Assembly (NCBI RefSeq): GCF_000143415.4
Contig: NW_003314280.1
Coordinates: 2,029,549-2,093,548, forward strand
Source: Selaginella moellendorffii
Taxonomy: Eukaryota > Plantae > Lycopodiophyta
Direction of reading: 5' to 3'
DNA length: 64,000 nucleotides
How positions within the stretch are numbered: position 1 is the first letter of the stretch; each line of letters begins with the position of its first letter. The position numbers and the translations under genes are program-made. Below the pieces are notes generated by a model, which worked only from the letters and a program-made list of their open reading frames with translations, had not been told where the DNA came from and made no database searches. This document shows positions 25,714 through 38,500 of this stretch, in pieces.

Positions 25714-27102
25714 CTAGTAGATACAAACACTTGGTTTCAAAGAAGCAAGATGTGGGACAAGGGGTGGCTGCTGCTCTGGAAGAGGAAGAAGAGGAGGGAG
25801 GGAAGGAGTAAACAAAAGAGGATGTGGAGGAGGAAGGGGAAAGGGAAGAAGGGGAGGAAGCAGGGGAGGCCGAGGTGGCCGAAGTGGTGGTGGAGGAGGA
25901 GCAAGAAGAGTACTAGCAGCACCACCACCTGCTGTGCAAACCAGGCCGGGATCCATAGCCAGAGCTCCCGGCTGGGCAACGTTGCTGAGGTTAAACTTAC
26001 ACGAGGAGCCAACCGGCAAGTTGGCACCAATCTTGGCCAGCCGGTCGGCGGCCTCGTTCCCAAATAGCCCAGCGTGCGCTCGCACCTTGAGCAAGTGTAC
26101 GTGCTCAATGTAGCTGCTGCGAGCGACGCTGGTGATGGCGGCCAGCACCTCGCCATGGACGTGCCTGGCGAAGCTCCCCGGTCGCTTCTGGAACTCGGCC
26201 AGGAGCTTGAGCGCCGCCATGCTATCCGTGTAGAGGTAGAGGCGCGAGTAGCCCCAGAAGCTCTGCACAAGCAGCAGCGCCTCGAGGATGGCCAGGAGCT
26301 CCATGGTGAGCGCGCTCTCATCGCCACCCAGCGCGAGCTCGATGATCCTTATCTTGCGACTCCCGTCCATCGCCCATGCATCGTACGAGATCCTGCTGTT
26401 GCCTTGGACGTGCTTGGCCAGGCCGCAGCCGCCGTTGCACCAGACGTAGTAGACTCCATAGCCGGCTTTCACTGCCTCGCCTCCCTCGGGGACGATGAGC
26501 GACCCGTCCGTGAAGACGTTCCACGGCCAGGTCGCCTCGATGTCTTCCTTGCCGTGCTCATGCGTGCAAATCGTGAAAACCGGCCTTGCTTGCTGATCAT
26601 CCGGAGGAGGGTGGATCGTTTCTTCTCCTGGTGGTGTAAGAGCTTCGTTGACGTGCGCATGGGGGACGCCCGCCGGAGGGAAGTGCTGGGGGGTGTCTTT
26701 GTTGTCGCGGACGAACGCCAGGAACGCGTCCAGGCGCTTGGTGTTGGGACTGTTCATTGCCAGGAATGACTCCGGCAACTTTCTCTTGCGAGAGTTCTTC
26801 ACTCGTCCGGCAATGGGAGAAGATGGCTTAGCCGTAGCTAGAGAAGCTGGAGCGTGCTTCGTCATCGCCGAAGGATCTTGAGCAGCGTCGGCGGCTTTTG
26901 GAATGGCACCCTTTTTCGCATTCGTGCTCGTCATCCTCTTTTCCTTCTTTGCCGCCTTTGTAACCACAGCGTGAAGCTGAGAGCCCGACGCCGATCCCTC
27001 CTTCTTTTGCTTGTTCTTCGTCATCTTCTTTTTCTTGGGACCTAGTTTTACCTTGACAGCCACCGTCGCCTCGATCTGGAGCTCCTTGGGCCTCTTCTTC
27101 AT
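25714..27102 (-). CDS. RNase H type I domain protein with Lys-rich N-terminus and Pro-rich C-terminus, intronless
   Basis: VFTDGS, MELLAILEAL, LYTDS and LKVRAHAGLFGNEAADRLAKIGA give a complete D-E-D-H-D set. 462-aa open frame with no RT or endonuclease domain. Confidence 0.85.
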   Translation of the reverse strand: MKKRPKELQIEATVAVKVKLGPKKKKMTKNKQKKEGSASGSQLHAVVTKAAKKEKRMTSTNAKKGAIPKAADAAQDPSAMTKHAPASLATAKPSSPIAGRVKNSRKRKLPESFLAMNSPNTKRLDAFLAFVRDNKDTPQHFPPAGVPHAHVNEALTPPGEETIHPPPDDQQARPVFTICTHEHGKEDIEATWPWNVFTDGSLIVPEGGEAVKAGYGVYYVWCNGGCGLAKHVQGNSRISYDAWAMDGSRKIRIIELALGGDESALTMELLAILEALLLVQSFWGYSRLYLYTDSMAALKLLAEFQKRPGSFARHVHGEVLAAITSVARSSYIEHVHLLKVRAHAGLFGNEAADRLAKIGANLPVGSSCKFNLSNVAQPGALAMDPGLVCTAGGGAASTLLAPPPPPLRPPRPPLLPPLLPFPLPPPHPLLFTPSLPPLLPLPEQQPPLVPHLASLKPSVCIY

Positions 27103-27258
27103 CCTCTCCTACCTTTCAATGCGATATAGCGATCGTTGTCTTGCAGCGCTGCTCCAGGGAATCACGTAGCTCGCCCGACGAACGCAATCGAAAACCTAGC
27201 CCTCACCTTTACGTTGAACCCAACGTTTTAGGGTTCCTCCCTTTAGCGTCATGAATGT

Positions 27259-28929
27259 ATGCGGCGGCAGCTTCCTCGATACGATCGCTGCGATGAGCCG
27301 CTGGAGCGATCGGTTCCGCGGCTCGAGAGGCGCGAGATCGCCGCAGACAAGGCCACAATCGTCGCTCTCCTCGCCCGATGCATTCAAAACGACGCGCTGT
27401 GGATGGGTAGGCGAGTCCACGCACAGATTTCCAGGGCCGGCCGCGACGGAGAGGCTTTCATCGGCAATCACCTCGTGGAGATGTATGGCAAGTGCGGCAG
27501 CATTTCTGGAGCGCACGCTGCGTTCGAGGCCATCACGGCGAGAAATCCACACTCCTGGAATATCATGATCTCAGCATATGCCCAGAACGGGCATCTGGAA
27601 GAGGCTCAAGTGTTGTTTGATGAGATGCCGGAAAAGAATGTTATCTCGTGGAACACAATGCTTGCTGCGCATCTAGGGGTCGGGAATCTCGATCGCGCAA
27701 TGGCGGTGTTTCATGCAATGCCCGAAAGAGATTCCATCTCCTGGAACACGCTAATCACTGCATTTGCCGAGGCCGGGCATCTGTCCACGGCGAGGAGCTT
27801 GCTCGCCCAAATGCCCGATCGGAGCGTCTCGTCCTGGAACGCGATGATCACAGGCTACGCTCGCAGCGGCGATGGGAGATCCGCCTTGCAGCTCTTCTCC
27901 GCCATGGATCTCGAGGGCCAGCGCGCGAACATCATAACTCTGGTGGTGGCCATTGGCGCTTGCCAAGATGTAGACGCCACGCTCTCCCTCCACTCGAGCC
28001 TCGCCGCGCCGGGCCTCGACTCGGACGCCATCGTTGCGAGCGCGCTCGTCGCCGCCTATGGAAGACACGGCAGCGTAGAGAACGCCCAGCGTTGCTTCGA
28101 TGGAATCACCCGCAAGGACGTGGTTGCGTGGACGGTGATCCTCACCGCCTACGCTCAAAACGGCCATGCCCGCGAGGCCCTCCGCGTGTTCCAACTCATG
28201 AACCTCGACGGTGCCAAGCCATGCAAGGTGACGCTCTTGGCGATCTTCCACGCCTGCGCCAGCGACGCGTCGGCAGCGCCGTTTGGGAGGACGATCCACT
28301 CGAGCTTGGCCGGGACCGGGATGGATTACGACGTCTCGGTTGGCACCGCGCTGGTGGACATGTACGGGAATGCCGGGAGCCTGGAGGAGGCGCGGTCGGC
28401 CTTCGCCAAGATCGCCAGGAAGAACGTCGTGTCGTGGACTGCGATTATCGCCGCGAATGCCCAGAACGGGCATAGCCGTGAGGCGCTGGAGCTCTTCCGG
28501 GAGATGCTCGTCGAGGGGGTGAAGCTCAACGAGATCACGGTGCTGAGCGCGCTTTCGGCGTGTAGCCGCGCGGGGCTCGTGGAAGACGGCCATAGCCTGT
28601 TCGCTGGAGTGGAATCTGACTACCACTTTTCCAGGAACTTGGAGCACTACCAGTGCGCGATCGATCTTCTGGGGCGAGCCGGTCATGTGGAGCTCGCCGC
28701 GGAGCTGATGAGCAGCATGCCTTTCCAGCCGGGATCGGTGGCGAGCGCGACGCTGGTGGCAGCTTGTCACACTCACGGGAATCTGGAGCAGGGGCTGAGA
28801 GCTGCCACAGGTGGTGGATCATTGATAGCGCCATCACCTGGAGGATCATCCGGACGGGGACCAGGATCATCAGGAGGAGCAGCCGCCGCAGCGGTTTTGA
28901 TCTCAAACATTTACTCCACGAGCTTGTGA
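27259..28929 (+). CDS. PLS-class pentatricopeptide repeat protein with E-like C-terminus, no DYW domain
   Basis: Repeated SWN(T/A)M...YAQNGH and LVDMYG motifs, EHYQCAIDLLGRAG; intronless. Confidence 0.9.
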   Translation: MRRQLPRYDRCDEPLERSVPRLERREIAADKATIVALLARCIQNDALWMGRRVHAQISRAGRDGEAFIGNHLVEMYGKCGSISGAHAAFEAITARNPHSWNIMISAYAQNGHLEEAQVLFDEMPEKNVISWNTMLAAHLGVGNLDRAMAVFHAMPERDSISWNTLITAFAEAGHLSTARSLLAQMPDRSVSSWNAMITGYARSGDGRSALQLFSAMDLEGQRANIITLVVAIGACQDVDATLSLHSSLAAPGLDSDAIVASALVAAYGRHGSVENAQRCFDGITRKDVVAWTVILTAYAQNGHAREALRVFQLMNLDGAKPCKVTLLAIFHACASDASAAPFGRTIHSSLAGTGMDYDVSVGTALVDMYGNAGSLEEARSAFAKIARKNVVSWTAIIAANAQNGHSREALELFREMLVEGVKLNEITVLSALSACSRAGLVEDGHSLFAGVESDYHFSRNLEHYQCAIDLLGRAGHVELAAELMSSMPFQPGSVASATLVAACHTHGNLEQGLRAATGGGSLIAPSPGGSSGRGPGSSGGAAAAAVLISNIYSTSL

Positions 28930-29435
28930 GCGAGTGAGCGAGTGACGCATCGCTGCGCTGACCCTGACTCTTTGCGAGTAAATGCGAGTCACGGATGGAG
29001 GAGAGGAGCATTCATCGCGGTGGTTCCGGGACGCGGCTTCATCATCATCTTGTCCAGATCTATAAATCTTCCACAAAAAAATATCCATGCCAAAGTACAC
29101 CACCTTTTTGTCTCTCAACGCTCGCTCGCTCTATCTAGCTATACAGACATTGATTGCTCGAAAACAAAAGAAAGAGAGCAAGGAATTTGACATCACCACC
29201 ACACCACCAGGCAACGATGGTATGGAAGAAAAAAGGAGAGAAAGAAAGAAGAATAACAAAAGCTTGGAGAAAGAAAGAGGAAGAGCTTTCCAGTCGATCG
29301 CTCGATCGATCGATCTTGTTCTTCCCAATTGGGTCCTCTGGCTTCTCCATCCAATCCAAGCACTCACCAGTTCCAATTCCGCTCGCTCAAACCTCGTTTT
29401 TGCTCGATAGAAAACGGGAAAGAAAGCCCAATCCA

Positions 29436-30917
29436 TCAATGAGCGACGCATTCTGTGCGTGCGAATCCAATGCGCGCGCTCGCGCGATCAAACTCGACGT
29501 GGTAGCCCTGCTGCATGAGATTCCCCAGCACATTAAACGCGAAGGGCGAGAGCGTGGGCCGGATGGCCAGGCACTTGACATCGTCGGCCACATCCACTAA
29601 GTAGTTACCAGTCGGGAGTTCGAGACTCAGCCCCTGCGCAAAGTCAATGGTGAGACGTGGAAACCCCCCATTGGCGGGGGCTAAGGAAGACGAGGAAGAA
29701 ACGTTATAGCATAGTTCCAGGCCTTGGAAGAAGGTGGCCGAGGATGGAATCCGCGGGAGATGGACGCTGGCGGCGAAGGCACTGACCAGATGGAGGTACG
29801 CGCCCAGCCGGAGATACGTGAGCGTGGAGCCCGAGTCGATGACGGTACCGCCATTGCCCAGCACGTCGATCGCCCACTCGCTGCCCGGCACCGGCAGCAC
29901 GCGGTTGCCCACCCGGATCGCCACCACGCCCACGTAGTAGAAGGTGGGCGCCAGTGGATTGCTCACCAGCGGCGTGTAGGCGAATGCCGCGCGCCTCTCG
30001 GGCCGGCCCAGGAAGAGGAAGCTGGAGCTCCGCCCCCGGCGCCCGCCCTCGAGATCGAGCAGGCAGTAGGAGAACGTCTGCGCAAAGAGCGATCCCGACT
30101 GGGCGGGGAAGGAGAGCTGCCCCTGGCCCAGCCCGATCACGCCGCCGGTGCCCGAGAAGCTGCCGCCCTGGTTGCGCGTGCCACAGCCAAACGCGACGCC
30201 GCGCACCGCCGCGCCGCCCGAGGTGCCGTTGCTGATGGTGGCGGTGTCGCGGGCGAGGAAGCCGGTGGTGGAGGAGCCGTCGGCGTAGTCGTAGGCGTAG
30301 CCGCACGGTACCGGCGCCGCCGGGCTGCACGACGGGCCGTGTCCGCGCGGTGCCGGCACGAGCAGGCACTGTGCCGCGCTGCACGGCACCACGGACAGCG
30401 TGGCCGACTTGCTCGCTACGAACGCTGGCCTCCTCGAGCAGGCCTTCTTGGGGCAGAAGGCCGGCGGCGCCGCGGTGGTGGAGCACTGGAGCCAGATGAG
30501 ATCGCTGCCTGTGTCGGCGATGAGGAGGACCTCCTGTGGCGGCGTTCCAAACGCCATGCTCACCAGGTACTGGCCGAGGCCCAGGAACGCGCCCGACTCC
30601 ATCGGGCTCTCGGCCCAGAAGGAGGTGATGGTGGCGAGCTTGGAGGAGCCGGAGGTGGAAGAAGCTCCTGCTGCTACTCCTCCTCGTCTTCGTCGATCCA
30701 GGAGGTAATGCTGCCTGGCGCTGTCCATGCCGATGATCAGCTGGAGCCTCTGGGCGTCGCTGAGCGTGTCGTTGTAGAGTGGCGACTGCTGCGAGTAGAG
30801 GACGTGGATGAGCTCGAGCTTGGTAGCTCCCGCTCCTCCTGCTAGCATTGAAAGAGTGAGCACCACCAGCGAGAATGCCATCACCAGGAGGAGCGCTCTC
30901 GTCCTGTCCATGGTCAC
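29436..30917 (-). CDS. Secreted A1 (nepenthesin-like) aspartic protease, intronless
   Basis: Signal peptide, catalytic IADTGSDLIWLQC and VIDSGSTLT motifs, C-terminal LGNLMQQ...FD...RIGFARTEC. Confidence 0.95.
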   Translation of the reverse strand: MTMDRTRALLLVMAFSLVVLTLSMLAGGAGATKLELIHVLYSQQSPLYNDTLSDAQRLQLIIGMDSARQHYLLDRRRRGGVAAGASSTSGSSKLATITSFWAESPMESGAFLGLGQYLVSMAFGTPPQEVLLIADTGSDLIWLQCSTTAAPPAFCPKKACSRRPAFVASKSATLSVVPCSAAQCLLVPAPRGHGPSCSPAAPVPCGYAYDYADGSSTTGFLARDTATISNGTSGGAAVRGVAFGCGTRNQGGSFSGTGGVIGLGQGQLSFPAQSGSLFAQTFSYCLLDLEGGRRGRSSSFLFLGRPERRAAFAYTPLVSNPLAPTFYYVGVVAIRVGNRVLPVPGSEWAIDVLGNGGTVIDSGSTLTYLRLGAYLHLVSAFAASVHLPRIPSSATFFQGLELCYNVSSSSSLAPANGGFPRLTIDFAQGLSLELPTGNYLVDVADDVKCLAIRPTLSPFAFNVLGNLMQQGYHVEFDRASARIGFARTECVAH

Positions 30918-31501
30918 TCGTCGCCCGCTGCCTCGTCCCTGTTGGGCCTAGCTAGCTCTTCTTCCCGGCCTTGCTCTGGAAAGACGAGAGAAGGATCTTA
31001 TAAGTCATGGAAGATCTCCAGAGCTCTAGCAGAGGGAAGCAGGCGAGCAAGAAAGGAAGCAAGCAAATTGACGCATACAAACAACAAACAACGCTAGCCA
31101 GAGCCAGAGCCGAGCCAAAAGAGCAACGACTTTAAAAACATATATACCACCACAGAGGCATACGGAAGGAGATGTCCTTTGCTGTACTGGCGACAGGTTG
31201 TTCGACTCACACGCCTCGGCGCAAAGTTTTTACTCTCGGCGCTCTCTCGGCGGTGGTCATCGTCGCTTCGCCTGCTTGCAAAAGCTGTGGGCGTTAGAAG
31301 TTAATGGGATCTTGTTGTCAAGCGTCTTTCCAGCCAGCGAAAACGAAGCAGCAGGCAGCATGCAGCGATGAAAATTCAAGAGCAAACTTGGAAACCATCA
31401 GGACGAGACCAGACCAGAAGCAGACCAACTACGACGAGAGGAATTTCCACAAAGTAAATGACAGACTTAATGGGAGCTCGTAGCTGGAATGAATGAAACC
31501 G

Positions 31502-31532
<31 letters not shown>

Positions 31533-32337
31533 GCTCCCACTAAATCTCTCCGAGAGAGGTGGAGGAGGAGGCGGAGCATAATGAGTAAGTCCCGAGTGCC
31601 TCTCTGCTTCAGCAGCGTAAATGTATGGTGCCTGCGCTCACAGAGTGAAAGGAGGAAAAGAAATAAAATCAGGAGGAAGAAGTGAAAGAAATTCCTCACG
31701 GTCTCTTTTCTCCTCTCGAGCCTGCGACTCTGTCACTGCTGTGCGCTGCTGCTGCTGCTGCTTTGGAGAGATTATTGTACGTATAGCGACGCACCGGACA
31801 ATGGGATAGAGTTGGACTCGAGCGAGGCAGGCAGGCAGGCAGGAAGACGGACGGCCTCTCCCACCTAGCTGGCACGACACACGCAAAAGACTGCCGGATT
31901 AGCGAAGAGATAGATATCCGAAGCGGCACTCTCTTTCGCACAAGGGACACCCAGCAGCGCCATGAGTCTGGCTGGCCTGGCCTGGCTTGGCCCTTGTTGG
32001 ACTTGTGCCTGCGCGAAGAAAACAGCAAGCAAAAACATCAAAGCTGCTCTCCAAACGAAACCTCTCAAAAATCAAAGAAAAATAAAATGTCTTGGTTACC
32101 TTTGCAATGCATTGCGGCCCACGAACTCCGTTGTTAATAATGTCACATGCAAGCGCTGTCTTCCACTCTCTTCTTGGTCAGGCATAACAAAGGCTTTTGA
32201 GCGAGAAGCGGCTGGCCGATTAGATTGGCTGGGCAAATCTAAGGCGACAAGAAAGCCTGCTGCAAATGTGTGTTCAACGCATCTGTTAGTGTCATAAAGA
32301 GAAAAATCGCGAGCGAACCTGGTGCTTGGCATGCGCG

Positions 32338-32625
32338 CCGTGTCAGATTGTTGGCTCCAAACATGTGGTTCCAAGCGAGAAATAAGCTGCCATGTATCAC
32401 GTACAAGCTTCTTGATCCAGGTAGAGAATGCTGTATATACACTACTACATAAATCAAACAATCAGAGAGCTCCCAAGGCAACGAAAAAGGGAACTGCTTT
32501 CATCGGAGAAGGATTAGAGTGCATTATGCGCTGCAATTCGGATGTCACAGCCTTTGGATATTGATTCCAGCTCAAGCTTGACATGCTACAAAGAGAGAAA
32601 GTCAGTGAGAATCTAGAAATGAACC
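32338..32625 (+). repeat. Diverged ~290-bp dispersed duplicate, copy 1 (copy 2 at 45861-46163)
   Basis: Shared blocks CAGATTGTTGGCTCCAAACATGT-GTTCCAAGCGAGAAATA, AATTCGGATGTCACA and TTCCAGCTC. Confidence 0.8.
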
Positions 32626-33663
32626 AAAGAAGAAAGTGCAATGAACCTTTGGTTATTTAGATAGCCACCAAATAACCCTTTTTCCATTTGTGGTTAGAAA
32701 TTTTAAGTGGTTCATGTTAAGTAAGATTAAATATTATTTCACATGATTTTATTATAATCACATAAATATATTTTTATATTAAAACTAAACTTAACAAAAT
32801 TATACTAATTAAAATCACAAATAATTTAAGTGGATTGAAGGTCATATCTATATTTTAGTAAGTTTATTAGATTTTATAGTGGAACTTATATTGTTAAAAA
32901 AATTTGTTTATATATATCATTCTCATTCAAAAATTGTATAACTTATATTTCTTCTTATATTAGTAAAGTTTATTAGTAAAAAAAAAACTCTGTGCACGAA
33001 GTTTAAATATATCTATTATGGTTATACAAGTGACATTTATTATGCAATTCATAGTCTGTAATTTCAATTTTGAATTCAATTTATAAAGGGTTTTAAAAGT
33101 ATATGAAGGATAGTGAAGCTAAGAATATAGTTTTGAAAAAACTTTTTAGTGGTGCTTCCAAAAAACCTTAGGGATTAGTAGCCTTAAATAGCCAACAAGC
33201 TTTTCAAGAAAGTGCTTAAAGAATAATTCCCATCCCAAAAACTATAGTATACCATATCCATTCCTAAAGGTTTAGGCCTTTCCTTTGGGATGGAATTGGG
33301 GAGTTAGGGTATCCATACTATCAAGCTAATTTAACTTCGTTTACTTTGGCATTAGGTAATTATATTGCTAAGGTTTTTACTTAGTGTACCAACTCTTTTT
33401 TTTTTTACTGGGGTTTTAACTATGCATTACATAAATAATGGGGTGTTAACAATTTCTTCATAGATTCCTGAACTCTCTCTTAAACCTAAGCTAAACTTAA
33501 GGTTTGGTTATATTCCTCGCAGGTACAAGCAACTAAATACATGGAACTTTTAAATTCATAACATCCCTTAGTACAATTAAACTTATTTATAGGATTCTGT
33601 TAATCCTTAGGTGCAGCTCCTAATTTAGGACCTTTAGAGGAAACACTATAAGTTATTTAAAAG

Positions 33664-33667
<4 letters not shown>

Positions 33668-33719
<52 letters not shown>
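33668..33719. repeat. (TA)n microsatellite
   Basis: About 25 TA units. Confidence 0.95.
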
Positions 33720-33722
<3 letters not shown>

Positions 33723-35369
33723 ATAATTTATATCTTTAAATGATTATATATACTCTTTTATTTTAAATATAATATATTTCAAAATAAATTTAAAGGTGTG
33801 AGATCCAAGTGTACGGCAACGATGCTGTATACTAATATTAGCATAATGGGATTTTAATAGTTGTCGAATTAGTTTCAATCCAAACCACTCATTCTTATAT
33901 ATGTACATTTCTATATTCTATTTATGCACTCATATTGGTGAAGATGAGGGGCAACTTTCATTGTCCCTAAAGAGTGTTTGGATTTAGGATTTTGATTTAG
34001 ATTTAACTTTTGTATTGTCTAAATTTGCCTTTCCTTATAGCTTTTTCAAATTTATTCTCTTTTATTTTTTTCTTTTTATTTATCTTCATGGCAAAGCACT
34101 AACCTCCTCCTCTTTTGACTTTGGAGCAGCAATTAGTGCATTTTCTTGATGCTATATGGTTATAGTTAGGCAATTAGATTCAATTGATAGCAGCATTTAT
34201 AGCATGTGGTACATCTCCTCTTGCTCTTAGTGCCAATCTTCGTGTCAGACTGGAGTTCTTTTGTGGGAGTCTTGGGGATGATATGTACCATTGGTTTAAT
34301 CACTTTACGGTGATTATCACATATTATTTTTAGGATGATGCTTAATGTTTGCATGGGTTTCCCACGTATCTCCAAGGGACAACACTATAATGATACAATG
34401 GTTTGAATACAACCACTCATAAGGATTGGAACATTCTCCTGGATGTCTTCAAACGAGCATTTGGATATGCTAACGATTGTGATGATACCTTTTAACAATT
34501 ACATCATTTTTATCAAGGGCCACTTGAATCAGTGATGCAATTTAACATTCATTTCCGAAGCTTTTTGCTTTGTGCGGAGTTAAATATGTCAGAGTGGATC
34601 AAGTTGGGAATGTTGTGGCTAGCATTTTGTCAAGATATTATAGGACTTGTGCATACACTTGCTCTAACCATCCCTAACTTTTTGTAGGAGATAATCTTGT
34701 ACTAATGGAGGTTGATGCTATGTCGCAAATGTGACTTCGAGTATCAAAAGATACTTATTAGCCAATCTTTACAGACACTCTCTCTTTACTACTATAACGG
34801 AAGGAGGATGAGCATAAGAAAGGAATTCCTAAATGTCTATTTAGCCAAACATACTTGGCCTAATTTGTTAATTATCTTTTACTCTGTCTTGCATTGGCTT
34901 GGGAAAAACCCTTGCGTATCAAATCCCTCAATATCATTATATAATAGTTTACCATGCTTGCCAAACACCTTTGCTATCATGCCCTTTGTGTTAGTCTTAT
35001 TTCGGTCCCAAATATTATTTATGAAAAGTGTCTAGATTTGCTCATTTGGCATATCTACGGAATATAGAAATTGTTTTGAACACAATAGTGTTTTTTCTGT
35101 GTTTAAATTCATAATCTAAAAATATTTCATATTCAATAAGTTTCGAGCTTGTCCCAAAGACTAACTCCTAGTACTAAGGAAGGCTTGGGGTGAAAGCCCA
35201 AAGCGTGTGTTCCTCGGGGGGGGGGGGGGGGGAGGAGGCTATAGGGGGTTCCCAATGTATTGTAAGGATAGTAGTTGGAATGTATGTCTGACCATCTAAG
35301 ACATACATATCATACATATATTGGGTTATATCACTCTTTATTCTGTGTCTGGCTTGGGTCTAAGCCCAG

Positions 35370-35564
35370 TGTAAAGCTCTTGAGTTTGGACTTCCCAGGA
35401 AGTCACCCAGCCTAGTACTATTCAAACCCAAGGACGCTTAACCCCAAATATCCCAAAACCCTTAATCAATTGAGAAAGGGGGTGCACTCTTGTTCATGGG
35501 CCCTTTCCCTCTATATTTGAACCTTATAGATCATCTCTCAAGTCGTTCCCTTTGGTTGCTTACA
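35370..35564 (-). mobile_element. Cassandra-type solo LTR
   Basis: TGTAAA...GCTTACA, colinear with the LTRs at 1328 and 1993 and containing the 5S-like segment at 35388-35443. No clear TSD. Confidence 0.88.
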
Positions 35565-38500
35565 CCAAACTCCACACTACTTTAGTCAGTGGGGTACCTT
35601 CCATGTTAAGTCACCAGTATGCCAAAATTGTGCTAGACACTGTTTGACACTATTTTGCATGCAAGTGCTGGATATGGGGAGCTGGTGCTTGTGGGATTGT
35701 ACCAGACCCTCATTTCGTAATGCAATGGGCTTGGAATTCAACTCCAAATTCAAGTGCACTACATGCTGCTATTGTCAAGTTCAAGAACAATGTTGAAGAC
35801 ATGGTCGTGGCTGTGGCTATGATGTCCACTGCTGGGCATGTGATGAAGTTGGTCACATTTATCAGCATTATTAGCGTTTTCTAAATTGGCAACTTCTATT
35901 TCCTGGGTGGAGACCTTAGTGTCAACAACATCCTGTTAATGCTACTATAGTAGAAGGTTTAAACACTAAGATGCTTCTAGCAAATAAGGAGTTATGTGAG
36001 TAGTGAAGGGTCTTTATATAAATAAGTTAGTGATCCCTCCATATTTCATTCGAGAGTATCATCAAAGGGTTCACTCGACATTAGTTCATCTAGTGTTTAC
36101 TTTTCAAGCTTATTTTATAACAAGAGATCTCCTTTTATTCTTTTTGTGTTGGTTGATATAAGCTTAAGTTTATCTTCTATTGTTCGACATGTTTCCACAT
36201 GTTATCGTCTATATTTATGTCATATTGTAGAGCCAATTTTCATTATTTATAGCGACCATACATATGCATATGCATGGGATAAGGCAGACTAGTTGTGTGT
36301 GTAGGCAATCTCAAGCTTAAGCTGCAGTTATTATGGGTGGTATTGAGTCAAGCTTTTGACCTTATTATTGGTATGAATTGGTTGTAATGCAATTATGCCA
36401 AGTATGACTTTGATGTTTCTCTCCTTTATCTTATACTTCCTTAGATTTCTTTCATTCCTCTTATTTTTATTCTTTTTTATCCCTTTGTATTTACCTCTGC
36501 TTCCATCATATTTTTCTCCCCATTACTTCCTTCTTTGTTTCTGTCTTGTTCCTTTATTCCCTCTTCTAATCCCTCTAACGATCTTTGTGTTGTAGTAGTT
36601 GACCGACTCATGAAAGAGTATGCCAACCTCTTTGAATTTGACCTGTCGTCTGAGGCCAAGATTGCAATACATTATCCCATTCCAACTGGGGATACTTGTT
36701 TAATCTATGTTTCTATTCATCATTGGTTATCAAAAGAGATCAAGATTTTATGTGCAAATGTCAAAAAGATGTAAAAAAGGGTGTTATTCGAAAGTTGTGG
36801 AACCCTTGGGTATGTGAACCTTATCTCTTGAGGAAGCTTGATAGGAGTATTCATTTCTGCATTAACTATCGTTTGTTAAATGAATTAACGATTTTAGAGA
36901 TGTACCCTCTTCCTCATACTACTGATCTTATAAATCGTATAGGGAGAAGTCATTGGTTCACCAAGTTAAATCTTGCTTCTGGGTATTGGCAAGTGCCAAT
37001 AGTTGAAAAAGATATTCCTAAGATTGTTTTTCGTACATTATGTGATTTATACAAGTTCTTGGTGATGCCATTTGGTTTGAACAATACTTTAACCACTTTC
37101 TAACAATGATAAATGAGGTTCTTTATGATATGCTGAAGTGACTACTGACTTTATCAATGATGTTTTGATCCACTTAGAGGGGACATGGGAGGAACACATT
37201 TGTGATGTTTGTAGGTGTTGGATCAACTATATGAAGTTAGTTTAAAGCTTAAGTAGTTAAAGTGTGTGTTTAAGTCTAAGGGCATAACTTATCTTGGTTA
37301 TCATATTTTTCGTAAAAGTTTGCAAATTGATCTTGACAAACTTGTGGCTATTCTAAAGTTTTCTACTCCAAAGTGTGTAAATGATGTGTAGCACTTTTTA
37401 GGCAAGGTGTAATATCTTTGTTGTTTTTATCTTTTTGATTGCATCTTCACCATTGTAAATGTTGTTGAAGTCATCAACATTGTCTTTCATATGATTTATA
37501 AACTGTGAACAAGTGTTTATGGATCTCAAAGAGCTATTAACAACTCCTCCAGTTTTGGCATATTTTAATTACACTTGGCTTTTCATTTTGCGCATGGATG
37601 TTTTTGATATTGGTCTTAGAGTTGTGTTGATGCAAGAGAGCTTGAGTGTGCCTAATCAGTGCCATCCCATTGCATATATCAGCCATATATTACAACCAGT
37701 GGAGATGAACTACTCCATGATAGAGAAGGAGTGTTTAATACCTTTTGGGTTTTGAGAAACTTCATGTATATCTATATGGTTCTTAGACATTATTAAAAGG
37801 TGATTATGTTGTAGTTACTTTGTTATTGAAGCAGAAGAACTTAGTTGGTCGTATTGCTTAGTGGCCTTTAAAGCTTTAGATATATGATTTTGAAGTTGTT
37901 TATTATTTGGGGAGTTCTATAGCTGATGTTGATGCCCTTTCTCAAGTTCTTTTTCCTTCTTAACTCTTTTCTCATGGTTTTGAAAAATTTATTATTCTAG
38001 CATCTATGGATTTTATGGATGAGGATTGTGTGTCATCAGAAACTGCTATACGTGATGTTCAATATTTATAAGGTGTAAAACAAGATTTACCTTCTCTTAA
38101 CGAAGTTTCTGAAACTCAAAAAATTGAGCCATAGATTTAAAAGCTTCGTGACGGGTTTAAGAATCCTTCGATGACTTGCCATTTTAACATTTACATTCTC
38201 AATATCACCTTAAAGATGGTTTTCTTTATTTTGTTGGGATAAATTCTGATGATCATTTATGATTGGTGGTGCTTTCAATCTTCATTCTACATTTTTTTCA
38301 TGTCTACCATGATTCTCTTATTCTAAATGGGTATATGGGACATATACCCATTCGCATGACCGAGAAGTTGGGCAAGTCTTTCTAATTAGCTGAAGATGTG
38401 ACGTGATGTTATTTGGTATATGCATAATTGTGTTTGGTGCCAAACTCGTAATACTCCCCCTCATACTATGAAAGGACAGTTAGAGTCAATTGCAATTTCC

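Noticed and set aside
27648-30845. Long antisense or alternative-frame ORFs over the PPR and protease genes (likewise over SHI, MTPSL, RNase H, TBL and PARP)
   Set aside because: Shadow ORFs produced by high GC3 codon bias, with no domain signal.
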